In this document: positions 1 through 12,139 of the stretch, piece after piece | Numbering within the stretch: the stretch's first letter is position 1 | How the letters are laid out: the number at the start of each line of letters is the position of its first letter | From: Isurus oxyrinchus | Taxonomy: Eukaryota | Direction: 5' to 3' | NCBI GenBank assembly: GCA_026770705.1 | Contig: JANJGN010000064.1 | Coordinates: forward strand, 2,046,001-2,110,000 | Length of the DNA: 64,000 bases | Translations under genes and position numbers: made by a program | Notes under the pieces: generated by a model | Told to the model about the DNA's origin: nothing | Seen by the model: only the letters and a program-made list of their open reading frames with translations | The model's database searches: none

Positions 1-172
1 GGGGAAAGCTGGATAGGTTGGGTATACTTTCTTTGGAACAGAGGAGACTAAGGGACCATTTATTGGAGGTGTTTACAATTATGAGGGCATAGCTGGATTG
101 GATCGGAAGGAGCTATTCTGTATAGTTGCAGGAAGGTTCATCCTGGAACATTAATTACAAAAGTAATAGGCA
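1..172 (+). mobile_element. CR1-type LINE 3' ORF2 fragment
   Basis: ctggataggttgggtatactttctttggaacagaggagactaagggaccat resembles the conserved CR1 segment LdrLgLfsLe.RRLRGDL. Confidence 0.6.
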
Positions 173-2354
173 GGTAAGTAGCACAATGAATGAAAGGCTG
201 CTAACTCAGTTTATCACCATCAAAATGTATTCACTAGATCCCTGATTATAAAATTAGAGTTTAAATCAATGTCTGAGATTGCTGCAGATTGGGGGGTTCA
301 TTTATTATGAACCATTCAGGAATCTAATTTATCCATTCCGTAGTCTGTCTACCTAATACTGTTGATTGGAGAAGAGGTTTGACTTGGGATTTTGCCCATA
401 ACGGAAATTGAAAATCGCCCGGGCTATTTGCACTCGGGCCGATTCCCTTTTCCATTGAGTGTTGCTTTCCCCGATGTGATGTTAATCTCTGGCGCTCTCT
501 GTCTGTCCAAGTGGATGCAACACATCCCAGCCGCTCTAATACAAGATATGGGGAGCTCACCGGTGTCTGCATGAACATGTATCCCCCAACCTGCTTCTCT
601 GTTGAGAAACTGGCATTAGAAATCAGCGGCCTCACAGAAAACTTTCAATTTCCATTTCAAGGATCTGAAACATCAGTTTTACACCCGAATGACAAGTTCC
701 ACCCACTTCTCAGCTGTGGCTGTTACTGGTGAATTCACTATAATTGTTGATTCAAATTACTCTGAGTTGGAGCTGTTGGGGCATCTTGAATTATCGATGT
801 GACTGATGCAACTCAGAGGAATACTCGAGCACTTCAGAGGCCGCGAACATGACAGTCAATGACATTGGAGAGTCTGGAGTCAGAGACAGAACAGACCAGA
901 TAAGGAAGACACGTTTCCTTTACAAGCTCTCAGGCAGATCAATGGCAACAGTTTCTATTTAAAATCCAGCCTCTATTAAACTGAATTAAAATTCTCAAAT
1001 TGTCATCTGAAGTCATATTTTCTAGGTTATCAGCATAACACCTACATTGTTCGTTCAGCAACATAACCCAATAAACAATCCTCCCCTGATAGTTGAAATC
1101 GATTCCATTAAATGAGCCCTTTTTCGCATCGCAATTTGTGGGTTATGAGCATTAATTGGGAGTCAGCGGCAACATCAGAAAAGCATCTAAAAGCTTTTGC
1201 AAAGTGAGCTTTTTGTCCCTGTTACCTGTTCTTTCCACTATATCAGTGTTAATCTCTCGTTACTGTATGGTGATTATGTTGATATTTCTGAATTGATTCG
1301 GACATTAAACCATAGAGTCTTATCTCTCCGTCCCTTGATCTGTCCGTCTGTGGCCCCAGGAGATATCTAATACCAGATCATCTTTCTTGTGTGAGGCTGT
1401 TGTTTTCATCTGGTCATTACTGACTTCGAAATACTGGTCCCCATTCCTTGATTTTTTGAAGCCGAATGAAGACAGTGAAACTTCACCATTTATTGGACCA
1501 GAGTGAGGGGAGAATAAGCAAACTGTATATGATGGGGAATATAAAATAAATCAGGAAATAATGTCATGTACAACAGGTCCATCAGTATTTGGAAAATAAT
1601 ATCAAAATAGCAAAGTTACATCTTAAGGAACCTGACACAGAACATCAAACTATTCTCTCTCTCTTTAAATGCTGGTGATCCTGCTCTGTGTTTAGACCAC
1701 AATCCATGCAATAGGCCCGCAGAGGTTCAGGCTGTGTGTCCCTACATGGACCCTGTCCATTTACTGCAGTGTAGTTTCCACTGGGGCACGGAACTTCCAT
1801 AACTTGTTACTCTTTGAGCGGGTGGGTGAATTTACAGGTCGATTTATTTATTTGACACACTCCAGTCCTTTTTGTCATTCCATGTGTTTAGAAACTCACC
1901 CTTCACTGTGTAAATTAGAGCAATATTAACAGGACAGAGTCTAAATTAAACACATTGTTTCAAAGACTGATGATTTCTTTCTTAGGGGCGACAGAAAAGC
2001 ATTGATACTTTCAGTTCAATCCCTAGCTTACAGAGTCCGCTGAAACCTTCCCACTTGGGTGCTCTCTCTGTGACATCACATGCAGTGGGTCTTTGTCTCT
2101 ATTGGACAGTGGGATCTGTCCCAGCTGAACAGACCCTGTACCCACCCTGAACCCACACAGGTTCACTTCCCATTAGGGTCAAGGGGCAATGATACTTATT
2201 GGAAGCCCGAGGGGCTTTAATCGCAAACCCAGGAATACTGAGTGTAATTCTCAATGTCCCACTGCAGCCCAGACTGATCCCCACCCTGGACCCTTCCTGT
2301 CTGTACATTTCCCCAATGCCCCACAGGCTAAGTATCGTGACCTTTTTGCTAGGC

Positions 2355-2490
2355 CTCTGACATCACAATGGGAGATGACGCTCACTCAGCTCGAGCTGGA
2401 AACTGGGAAACGGCCAATAGGATTTAGACCCGGAGCGCGGCCAGTTAAAGGGGCGGGACAGAAACTCGGTTAAAAATGTTCATATAATGA
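2355..2490. promoter_or_regulatory. Promoter-like motif cluster (CRE-like, GAAA repeat, CCAAT, GC box)
   Basis: TGACATCA (~2358), TGACGCTCA (~2376), GGAAACTGGGAAA (~2398), CCAAT (~2414), GGGGCGGG (~2450), with local CpG enrichment. Confidence 0.4.
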
Positions 2491-2518
2491 GAACAGGAAT
2501 GTTAATCAATCCAAAGGT

Positions 2519-2609
2519 TCACATTTCCACATTCAGTCCAGATATGTATCCCTGCAGCAACTTCAGCTGATTTTTTTTTCCATTTTGATTGTGCTGATTG
2601 AAATTCACC
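2519..2609 (-). CDS. NLR terminal coding exon
   Basis: Pyrimidine-rich tract and atttcag|G GTG AAT..., phase-compatible with the previous exon; VNFNQHNQNGKKNQLKLLQGYISGLNVEM*, resembling the C-terminal cap of chondrichthyan NLRs. Confidence 0.75.
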
Positions 2610-3421
2610 CTGAAATAGATTAAAGATTAAACAGGATTAAACAGATTGAACAAAAATGTAAATAACAGGGAGACTTGAGTTAATGGGCCAAGTCTCCTGC
2701 TCACTGGGTCATCAGAGACCAGACATATATCTGAAGATTGGCAGCGGGACTCTATGATGTCCTGACTCGTGGGCCTAAGTGGGAAATGCCCCAGAGGTTT
2801 ACATTTCCACTGGGCAGTACCCCTGTTGCCCAGGACCCTATGTGAATGTCTCTGACTCTGAGTTAGTATCGCAGACTTTGGACACATCCATAGGACTTAC
2901 CTGGGTAGTTCCCCAGGAAATGTTAGACTGTAAAACCTGGTCAAATACCTTGGTAACTCCACAACCGAGTCCCCCAATCACCCACCCCACTCCCCACTGA
3001 CCATCATACTACACCCACACTACCCGATTAACCCGTGCAACCACCCCCGCCAACCCGTCTCCCTCCTGACCCTCCGTACTCTGACCTTGACCAAATCTGA
3101 TTAAACTTCCAGCTTTACAGCCCGACCCAACAACGCCACTGACACAACGCCATTAACCTTCAACCTGACCACATTAACCTCTCGACCCCACCACTCTGCC
3201 CTGACCTGACTGGACTCTGCTCGGTTGGAACACCCCCGGGGGGAGGGAGTCACTGCTGAAGGTCCCAGGAGGAAAATGAAGCAGTTTCAGTTTGGGAGAA
3301 TCTTGTCGAGCAGCAGCAATCCGCTTTACATTGCTGCTGTTTGATAGATTCAGGCCAATTTATAATTTAAAATCCCAATTATATTTTAATTATTACACTA
3401 AAAATTAACACCAACATTCAC

Positions 3422-3589
3422 ATGATCAGATTCAGATTCCTGCAGGTCAGGGTGCGGCGGTGGAGAGCGGGGACAGATTGGTCTGAGAAGCAGTTAAATG
3501 CCAGGTCCAGATCCCTCAGTGACCAGTTTGTACTGCGAGCGAAGGCGAGATCCTCGACACAAGAATTAGTGAGATCATTATCACCAAGA
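3422..3589 (-). CDS. NLR penultimate LRR exon (168 nt, open frame)
   Basis: ccttag|T CTT GGT GAT ... CTG ATC AT|gtgaat; LGDNDLTNSCVEDLAFARSTNWSLRDLDLAFNCFSDQSVPALHRRTLTCRNLNLI (within ORF 3418..3687). Confidence 0.88.
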
Positions 3590-3797
3590 CTAAGGAACAG
3601 CGGGAGAAAAAGAACAGGAATCAGGGTAAATACGAATAAATTAATAATAATATGCAGTAAGAGGCATTCCAAAAGCAAAACATCCATTTACAAAGGAAAA
3701 AGAAAACACTGAATGCTGCAAATTAAAATCAAATGTAATATACTGGAAATACTCAGCAGTTCAGGCAAGTATTTGTGAAAAGAGAAAGAGAGTTAAA

Positions 3798-6036
3798 CAT
3801 AGAAACATAGGAAATAGGAGCAGGACTACGCCATTCGGTCCTTCAAACCTGCTCCGCCATTCATTATGATCATGGCTGATCATGCAGCTCAATAGCCTGC
3901 TCCCGCTTTCTCCCAATATGCTTGGATCCTTTTCGCCCCAAGAGCTATAACTAAAAATTCATTGGACACTACTACTTTCTGTGGTAGCGAATTCCACAGG
4001 CTCACCACTCTCTCGCTGAATAAATATATCCTCAACTCAGTCCAAAATGGTCTACCCCATATCCTGAGAGTATGACCCCTGGTTCTGGGCTCCCCCACCA
4101 TTGTGAAAATCCTTCCTGCATCTACCCTGTCTACTCGTGCTATAATTTTATATCTCTCTATGAGATTCCCATCATTTTTTCAGATCTCCAGCGAAGATAA
4201 TCCTAACCGACTCAATCTCTCCCCATATGTCAGTCCCGACATCCCAGGAATCAGTCTGGTATACCTTCTCTGCACTCCTTCTTCAGCAAGAACTTCCTTC
4301 CTCAGGTAAGGAGTCCAAAGCTGCATACAATATTCTGGGTGTGGTCTCACCAAGACCCTGTAATATTGCAACAAGACAGCCCTGCTCTTGTACTCGAATC
4401 CTCTCGCTGTGAAGGCCAACATACCATTTGGCTTATTTGCTGCCTGCTGCACCTGGATGTTTACCTTCAGCAACTGGTGCACGTGGACACCCAGGTCTCA
4501 TTGCACATCCCCTCTCTCAATTTATAAACATTCCGATAATAATCTACCGTCTTGTTTTTGCTACCAAAGTGGATAACCTCACAGTTATCCACATTGTCCT
4601 GCATCAGCCATGCATTTGCCCACTCACTCAGCTTGTCCAAATCACACTGAAGCATCTCTACAACCTCCTTTCAACTCACCTTCCTACCCAGCTTTTTGTC
4701 ATTTGCAAATTTGGAGATATTACATTTGGCTCCCTCATTTAAATAATTAACATATATTGTGAATAGCTGGGGTCCCAGCACCGATCCCTCCAGTACTCCT
4801 CTGGTCACCGCCTTCCAGTCAGAAAAAGGCCCGTTTACTCCTGTCTGTCAACCAGTTTTCGATCCATCTCAAATCACTACCCCACTTTAATTTTACACAC
4901 CAATCTCTTAGGATGGACTTTGTTGAAAGACTTCTGAACGACCAAATGAACCATATCCACTGGCTCCCCCTCATCAACTCTACTAGTTTCATCCTCACAA
5001 AACTCCAGGATATTTGTCAATCCTGATTTCCCTTTCATAACTCGATGCTGACTTTGTCCGATTCTGCGACTTTTTCCAACTGCTCAGCTATTAAATCTTT
5101 TATAATTGACTCTAGAGTTTTACCCGCTACTGACGTCAGGCTGACTGGTCTATAATTCGCTGTTTTCTCTCTACCTCCCTTTTTAAATAGTGGGGTTACA
5201 TTAGCTCCGCTCCAATCTGTAGGAACTGTTCCAAAATCTGTATAATCTCGGAAGATGACCACCCATTTTTCCATTGTTTCTCGGGCCACTTTCTTAAATA
5301 CTCTGGGATGGACATTTTCTGGCCCTGGGGAATTATTGGCCTTGAATCCCATCAATTTCCCCAACACCATTTCCCTACTAATGCCTATTCTTCCAATTCC
5401 TCCCATTCACTAAATCATATGTTCCCCAACATTTATACCATCTTATTTGTGTCCTCCTTTGTAATGACAGAACCAAAGTATGTATTTAGTTGGACGGTCA
5501 CTTCTTTGTCCTCCATTATAAATTGCCCTGTTTGTGACTGTCAGGGACCTACATTTGTCTTCACCAATTTTTTTCTCTTCACAACCTATCGAAACTTTTA
5601 CAGTCAGTTTTTATGTTCCCCGCAAGCTTACTCTCATACTCTATTTCCTCCTTCTTTATCAATCCTTTGGCCCTCCTTTGCAGAATTCTAAACTGTTCCC
5701 AATCCTCAGGTCTGTTGTTTTCTCTGGACAATTTGTCTGCCTTTTCCTTGGATTTAATGCTACCTCTAATTTCCCTTGTAAGTCATGTTTTGTCTACCTT
5801 TCCTATTTTACTTCTGTGCACGACAGGAATAAAGAATTGTTGCCATTTACCCATGCGCCTTTTGAATGTTTTCCAATGCTTATCCACCAACACCCCTTTA
5901 AGTAACGTTTTCCCAATCCATCATATCCAACTCGCACCTCACACCGCTGTAGCTTCCTTTATTACAATTCAGGACCTTAGTCTGAGAATCTACTACTTCA
6001 CTCTCCGTCCTGATGAAGAATTCTACCATATTACAG
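3798..6036 (-). mobile_element. CR1-type LINE (5'-truncated, decayed ORF2 RT) in NLR intron
   Basis: ORF pieces 3889-4101 (RTRGH..FSERVVSLWNSLP), 4180-4482 (LVRPHPEYC), 5035-5406 (SPGPENVHPRV..NYRPVSLTSV); microsatellite-type tail catagaaacatag at ~3798. Confidence 0.92.
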
Positions 6037-6305
6037 TCTGAGCTCTTATTAGAACTGTGAAATAGCAGTGAATTGACAGATTTTAATCTACGAAGTTTGG
6101 GGGAGATTGGGGCAAGGAGGGAACAAAATAGAATTTGAGGTGTGATTAAATGACAGAAGGGATGATGGTGCAAGACAACAGCACAGTATCTCGACGCCAC
6201 TAGGGTGGGGGACATGGGATCCTCCGTGACTTAGGAAAGAAGTTTGTGGTCAGGTGGAGGATAATTTCTGAGATCTTAATGGGGCTATGAAGGCAACATA
6301 CCTGA

Positions 6306-6503
6306 TTTACTGGTGCCTCCCTGGAGGTGCTTCTCCAGGCTGCTCTAGCTCAGAGGGAGGTTCTATTCCCTCAGGACGAGAGGAGGAGATCAGCCCAGTC
6401 AATCCGAGCAAGCCTGGGTGGAGATTGCCGAGGAGGTGAGCAGGTGTGGGGCACTTGGTTGCAATGACACAAAAGGATCAATTCACTGATGTGTTCTGGC
6501 AAG
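6306..6503 (+). mobile_element. PIF/Harbinger Myb/SANT-like ORF remnant
   Basis: Frameshifted translation FTGASLEVLLQAALAQREVLFPQDERRR / EQAWVEIAEEVSRCG / TWLQ*HKRINSL, followed by donor AAG|gtgagt; matches the Trp-spaced Myb/SANT pattern of Harbinger accessory proteins. Confidence 0.7.
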
Positions 6504-7591
6504 GTGAGTGCAGCAAATAATTTTAAACATACAGCTGTAAACGTGACTAAGGATGCCCAGGTAGCAGCATTGACTGGTAGAGACATGCCAGTCCCTCTGT
6601 GGAAGGCTGTGGCCAATGAGAGTTGACTCCTGTGCTGCCGAGACTGAGTGGCCACATGCAGGAGGCATCTCTGTGGTAAAATGATGCACAGCCAGGCTGA
6701 CAGCAGCATAGACTAATGTGTATCTTTGATGGGTGAGTAGCGATGGAAATTTATGTGTTTCTGGAAGAGTGCACGTGATGTCCGGGAAGGAGCAGAAGTC
6801 CACATCTTACCGTCCTTACGCCAATGGAAGATTAAGTGCTGCAGCTGGGGGGCCTGAAGGCAGGGTGGATGGTTGGTGGAGCTGAGAGGTCGAGCAGCTT
6901 AATGAACAGGCACCGGAGAGCCTCTGTGGCCACAAAACATAATGCTTCTCTATCCATCACTGGTCACAGATTCTAGTCTGATGAGCGTGTTGGAATACGA
7001 ACAGAATACCTAGGAGCAGGAGTAGGCCATTCAGCCCCTCAAGCCTTCGCCGTCATTTGATAAGATGATGGCTGATCTGATTTTGGCCTCAACTCCGCTT
7101 TCCTGTCGTTCTGCTATAACCCTCAATTACCTTGTCAATCAAAAATCCACCCTAACTCACCCTTGAATATATTCAATGACCTAGCCTCCAATCCCCTCTT
7201 GAGAAGAGAATTCCACAGAATAACTACATTTCTTCACATCTCAGTCGTAAAGTGGAGACATCTATTTTTTCCTCCTACAAGAGGAAAGACCTTCTCAGCG
7301 TACGCCCTCAAGTCCACTCAGGATCTTGTATGTTCAATAAGATCACCTCTGAGCATCCTGAACTCCAACGGGTATAGGCCTAAACTGCTCAACATTTTCT
7401 CATAACATAAATCCCTTCATCCCAGCAATCAGTCGAGTGAATCTTCACTGAACTGATTCTAATGGAATTATACCCTTTCTTAAGTAAATAAGCCAAAACT
7501 GTAAACTTTACTCCAGATGCTGCCTGACTAAGGCCCTGTATAGCTGCAGCAAAACTTCCCTACTTTTACAATGCATTCCCCTTGCAATAAA

Positions 7592-9460
7592 AACATATGA
7601 AATAGGAGCTGGAGCCTGCTATTCAGCCCTTCGAGCCCGCTCCACCGTTCACTGAGATCATGGTTCATCTTCCACTTCAATAACATTTCCTTGTATTAAC
7701 CCCATGTTCCATGATGTTTCCAATGTGTAGAAATGTATAAATCTCAGTCATGGACATACTAAATGACTGAGCCTCCTCTGGGGCAGTGAATTCCAAGGAT
7801 TCACCACACTCTGAGTGAAGAACTTCCACCAAATCTCTGTCCTAAATGGCCTGCCCCTTATTCTGAGACTGTGTGCCCTGGTTCTAAACACCCCCAGCCT
7901 GGGGCAACCTCCTACCTGCATCTGCACTGTCAACCTCTGTAAGAATTTCGTATGCCTGAATGAGATCACCACTCACTCTTCTAAAATCCAGAGAATAGAA
8001 GCCCAGTCTATTTAATTTTTCGTCAGCATTCATTACTCCAGGAATTATTTTAGTGCAATCCTCATTGCACTTAGTCTAGAAAAGTATATCTTTCCTTAGA
8101 TAAGAAGACAAAAACTGCATAGAATGCTGCTGTTGCGGCCTCACCAAGGCAGTGAGACATCTTTACTCCTGTACTCAAATCCACTTGTAATAAAAGGCAA
8201 CAGAACATTTACCTTTTTAACGGTTTGCTGTACCTGCATGTTAGCTGTAAATGAGTCATGAACAAGGACATTGATATTCCTTTGAAGACCAACGCTTCCT
8301 AGTCTCTACTATTTAGAAAATGGTCTGTATTTGTAATTTCCTGCCAATGTGGATAACGTCACATTTCTCCATATTGTTTTCCTTCTGCCAAATTTTGGCC
8401 ACTCTCCTATGCTCTCCAGATGCACTTGAAGTATCTTTGCATCCTCCTCACAACTGACATATCCACCTAATTCCCTGTCACCTGCAAACTTCTAAATATT
8501 ACATTTAATCCCCACATCCAAATCATTGATGTAGATTGGAATAGCTACGGCAGTGATCCTTGCACTACCTCACTTTACCACATCAGTGGGTCTCCTCTTG
8601 TTTACTCTGCTGACTGCATAGTCAAAATATCCCAACAGGTATGTTAAACTTGATTTCCCTTTCATAAATCCATGTTACATCTGCCCAATCCTACCATTGT
8701 TTTCTAAGTGTTCTATTATCACATCCTTTATTGCAGAATCTAGCATTTTCCCTACTGCTTATGTCAGGCTAACAGGTTTTTAGTTCCCAATTTATACTCT
8801 CCCTCCTTTCTTAATCAACGTGGTTATATTTTCCACCTTCCAATCTGCAGGAACCATTCCAGAGGCCACATATGATCACCGACTACTATCTCTGCAGCCA
8901 CTTCGTTCAACACTCTGGGATTTAGATCATCAGGTTCAGGGAATTTATCTACTTTAGGTCCCAGTAATTTCTCTAATACTTTTTTCAAACAAGTATTAAT
9001 AACTTGCAGCTCCTCGTTTGCACTAGTCCCTTGATGCCCCTTTATTTCTGAGCAATGTTTAGTGTTTTCCTCTGTGAAGACAGAAAAGGTATTTGTTTAT
9101 TTTATCTGCCATTTGCTTATTCCATATTGTAAATTTTCCTGACTTTGCTTGAAATGAACCCACATTTATATTTCCTAATATTTTCTTCTTTACATACTCT
9201 ACAGAAGCATTTATAATCAGTCTTTGTGTCTCATGCTAGTATACTCTCAGATTCTATATTTTCTTTCTTCATCGATTTCTATGTCCTCCTCTGCAGGTTT
9301 CAAAAATGCTACCAATTCCCAGGCTTTCATTTTTCAGGCAACTTTATAAATCCCTTCCCTTGATCTAATACAATTCTTGATTTCTTCCGTTGCGACACTT
9401 TGGTTATTGGCTTTTTGTGCATCAAAGGAATATATTTTTGTTGTAAACATATCACATTTC
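7592..9460 (-). mobile_element. CR1-type LINE nested inside the previous LINE
   Basis: Has its own 3' end (aacatatgaaataggagctggagcc); ORF 7748-7972 RTRAHSLRIRGRPFRTEIWWKFFTQSVVNPWNSLP. Confidence 0.8.
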
Positions 9461-9886
9461 AAAACCTTGAATGGAAATTGGGTAAAGAGATTCACAGTCA
9501 CGTTCTTCAGTTAACTAGGCAGTCGTTGGAATTGCTTTATCCAAAGCATTTACATAAGCACCAGCATACCAATTGTCTTCCTAATCACTTGCTCCACTGC
9601 ATCCCGAATTTTAGGGATTCATGGACTGGGGGTCCCAGATCCCTCCGTAGCATACAGTCTGCAATCTTTCTCCATTCAGGTAAGGTAATGCTTTTCTATT
9701 CTTACAGCCAAAGAGGAAAATTTCACATTAAACTCCATCTGCCAATTATTTGCGGACTTAACCGATCTAAATCCCTTTGTAGACTCGCTATGTCCAAGTA
9801 ACCTGACAACTTACTTTCGTACCTTTACACCATCGGAATATTTAGCTACCATCCATTCAGTTCCTCACTCAAGTAATTTACACAGG

Positions 9887-10155
9887 TACCTGGAAAAACT
9901 CAGCAGTTCTGACAGCATCTGCGGAGATGGACACAATTGACTTTTCCAGCCTGGATGACCCTTCATCAGAACTAAGACAGAAATAAATTATACAAAATAT
10001 CGCAATTCTATATGTCTTAGTTCTGATGAAGGGTCATCCAAACTCGAAACATCAAATGTGTACCTCCCCGCAAATGCTGTGAGAACTGCTGAGTTTTTCC
10101 AGGTATGTTTGTTCTTGTTCTAGATTACGAGCATCCGCAGTATTTTGCTTTTATT
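9887..10155. mobile_element. Penelope-derived inverted-repeat (hairpin) element
   Basis: Arms 9887-9979 and 10013-10105 are reverse complements (tacctggaaaaactcagcagttct ... agaactgctgagtttttccaggta). Flanked by near-direct repeats tttacacaggtac / tttacataggtac. Confidence 0.7.
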
Positions 10156-11181
10156 TTACATAGGTACTTCAGGCCCCAGCACTGACCACTGTGTCACTCC
10201 ACTAGTACCAGTTTGCCAAACCGAAAATGGCCCTTTACCCCAACTCTCTGTTTGCTGTTAGCTAATCAATGGTCTATGCATACTGGTATACTAACACCTG
10301 CATAACAAATTCTTATCTTGTTATCTTTTTTATCTTTGATGCAACACCTTATCAAATTGCTTTTGGAAATCCAAATGCACCAAATCTACAGATTCTCCTT
10401 GATCAATTATCATGTTACTTCCTCAAATACATCTAATACATTCACCTGATGTGATTTCCAATCCGCTGGACCTTCCATGAATCTAGGGAATTTTGGAAGA
10501 TCACAACCAATGCATCTACAATGTCTGCAGCCACTTCCTTTAAGACCCTATGATGAAAGCCATCAAGTCAATGGACTTGTCAAACTTTGGTTCTAATATT
10601 TTCCCTAGTACCTTTTCCCTCATAATCCTGATTGTTTTAAGTTCCTCCTTTCTTTTTACCCCTTGAATTTCAATTATTCTTGGGATGTTTCTTGTGTCTT
10701 CTACTGTGAAGAGAGACACAAAATGCCTGTTGAGCGCTTCTGCCATTTCCTCATTTCGCATTGTTAGTTTCCCGGCCTCATTTTCTAAGGGACCTATGCA
10801 CACTTTAAAACTCATTTCCTATATAAATATTAGGCGAACCTGTATTAGTTTTTGTACTTCTAACTGGCTTTCTCTCATAATCTGCTGATAAAAGGCACCG
10901 TTACTAAGATGTCATTAATTCATCCCGTCTCATTGATCATTCGCAGGTCTAAAATAGCCGTTCTGTGGTAGGCACTGGAACATACTCACTAAGAAACTGT
11001 CTTGAATACACTCTATGAACACATCTTCCAGGCTACCTTTGCAATTATGCTTCATCCAAAGTGTATGAAGATTAAAATAACCCGCGATGATTGCAGCACC
11101 ATTCTTAAAAGCGCAGATTTTTTTTACTGTATATTCTGTCCAAAAGTGTGAAGGTATTAGGGGCCTATAAGCTACCCCCAT

Positions 11182-11298
11182 ATGGACTGCTGTGGTTCAA
11201 GAGGGCAGCTCACCACAACTTTCCCAAGGATAAGTAGGGATGGGCAAGTAATGTTGGCCTAGCCGGTGATGCCTGGATCCCATGAATGAATAAAAAAG
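11182..11298 (+). mobile_element. LINE/SINE 3' tail fragment (family B)
   Basis: ggactgctgtggttcaagagggcagctcacc...cccatgaatgaataaaaaa; same tail as the elements ending at ~45075 and ~61810. Confidence 0.7.
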
Positions 11299-11744
11299 TG
11301 ACATTTTACCGTTGCTAATACTTATTTCTATTCAAAACAATTCTTCATTTGTTCTTCTGAACTAAGTTCATCTCTGACTACTGTACTAATGTCATCAGTT
11401 ATTAACAGAGCGACCCCACCACTTTTCCTCACTTCTGCCATCTAACCATTTTCCTCTTTTTCGCAAATTAAAGGCCATGTGACTGGGGACAGCCACCCAA
11501 CACTGAGGAGGAGAGTAGTCTTCACATTATTCCCCTAAACCCTCGACAGAAAAATCTTTGGGAATGTCATCCCATAGCCTCAGAGTCAGAGATAGAAATA
11601 ACATGAATCAAACTAAATGTTTATTTTTATTCATGGTTAACAATAATAATAAAGGACAGTGTTTTAATACTAGTAACAGTGCCCAAAATATATTGTTAAA
11701 AATTAAGTTACTCTAAACACAATCACACACTGTCTAGTACTTAC

Positions 11745-11911
11745 TCCAGGTTCTGTATTTTACATTCCTGCCTCCTCAAAGCGACAGACAGTTGTGTCAC
11801 TCCTGGATCTCGCAGTTTGTTGTTACCCAGGTTCAGATCCGTCAGTGAGCGACTAAAAAAACAGAGGCAAGATCCTTTGCACAAGAATCTGTCAGATTGG
11901 TGCCCCAAAGA
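11745..11911 (-). pseudogene. NLR LRR exon C (167 nt, frameshifted)
   Basis: ccccag|T CTT TGG GGC ... AAC CTG GA|gtaagt; LWGTNLTDSCAKDLASV then a shift at a T7 run, then SRSLTDLNLGNNKLRDPGVTQLSVALRRQECKIQNL. Confidence 0.88.
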
Positions 11912-12139
11912 CTGGGGGGTGGAGGAGGGTTCGAAATAGAAAAATAACAGAAATCAGAATGTATTTCCAGTTTCTATCAAGGAAAGTAACTAATATAAAT
12001 AATAATATGCAGTGTGAAACATTGAAGAAACAATTTCAAAACATAAAAGTAATCTATAATTGATACTGTCATTGCGAAATATAAAGGAATATTCTGTAAA
12101 TAGTCAGCCTGTGAGACAGTATCTGGGAAGGGAGAAACA

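Larger units (their letters stand above)
6993..11450 (-). mobile_element. CR1-type LINE interrupted by nested insertions
   Basis: 3' end at ~6993 (ggagcaggagtaggccattcagcccctc). Breaks at ~7591 (cttgcaataaa) and resumes at ~9555. ORF pieces 10540-10815 (MAEALNRHFVSLFT) and 10930-11181 (endonuclease GVAYRP..IAGYFN). Confidence 0.8.

Noticed and set aside
324-635. Possible NLR N-terminal death-fold exon (EKG... segment)
   Set aside because: Resemblance limited to a few residues; no consistent frame or splice boundaries.
1900-1905. Possible 6-nt microexon (cag|TGAAGG|gtgagt, - strand)
   Set aside because: Weak polypyrimidine tract and no host coding frame; could be chance.
5308-6041. Overlapping hydrophobic + strand ORFs resembling membrane proteins
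   Set aside because: Antisense frames of the A-rich CR1 ORF2.
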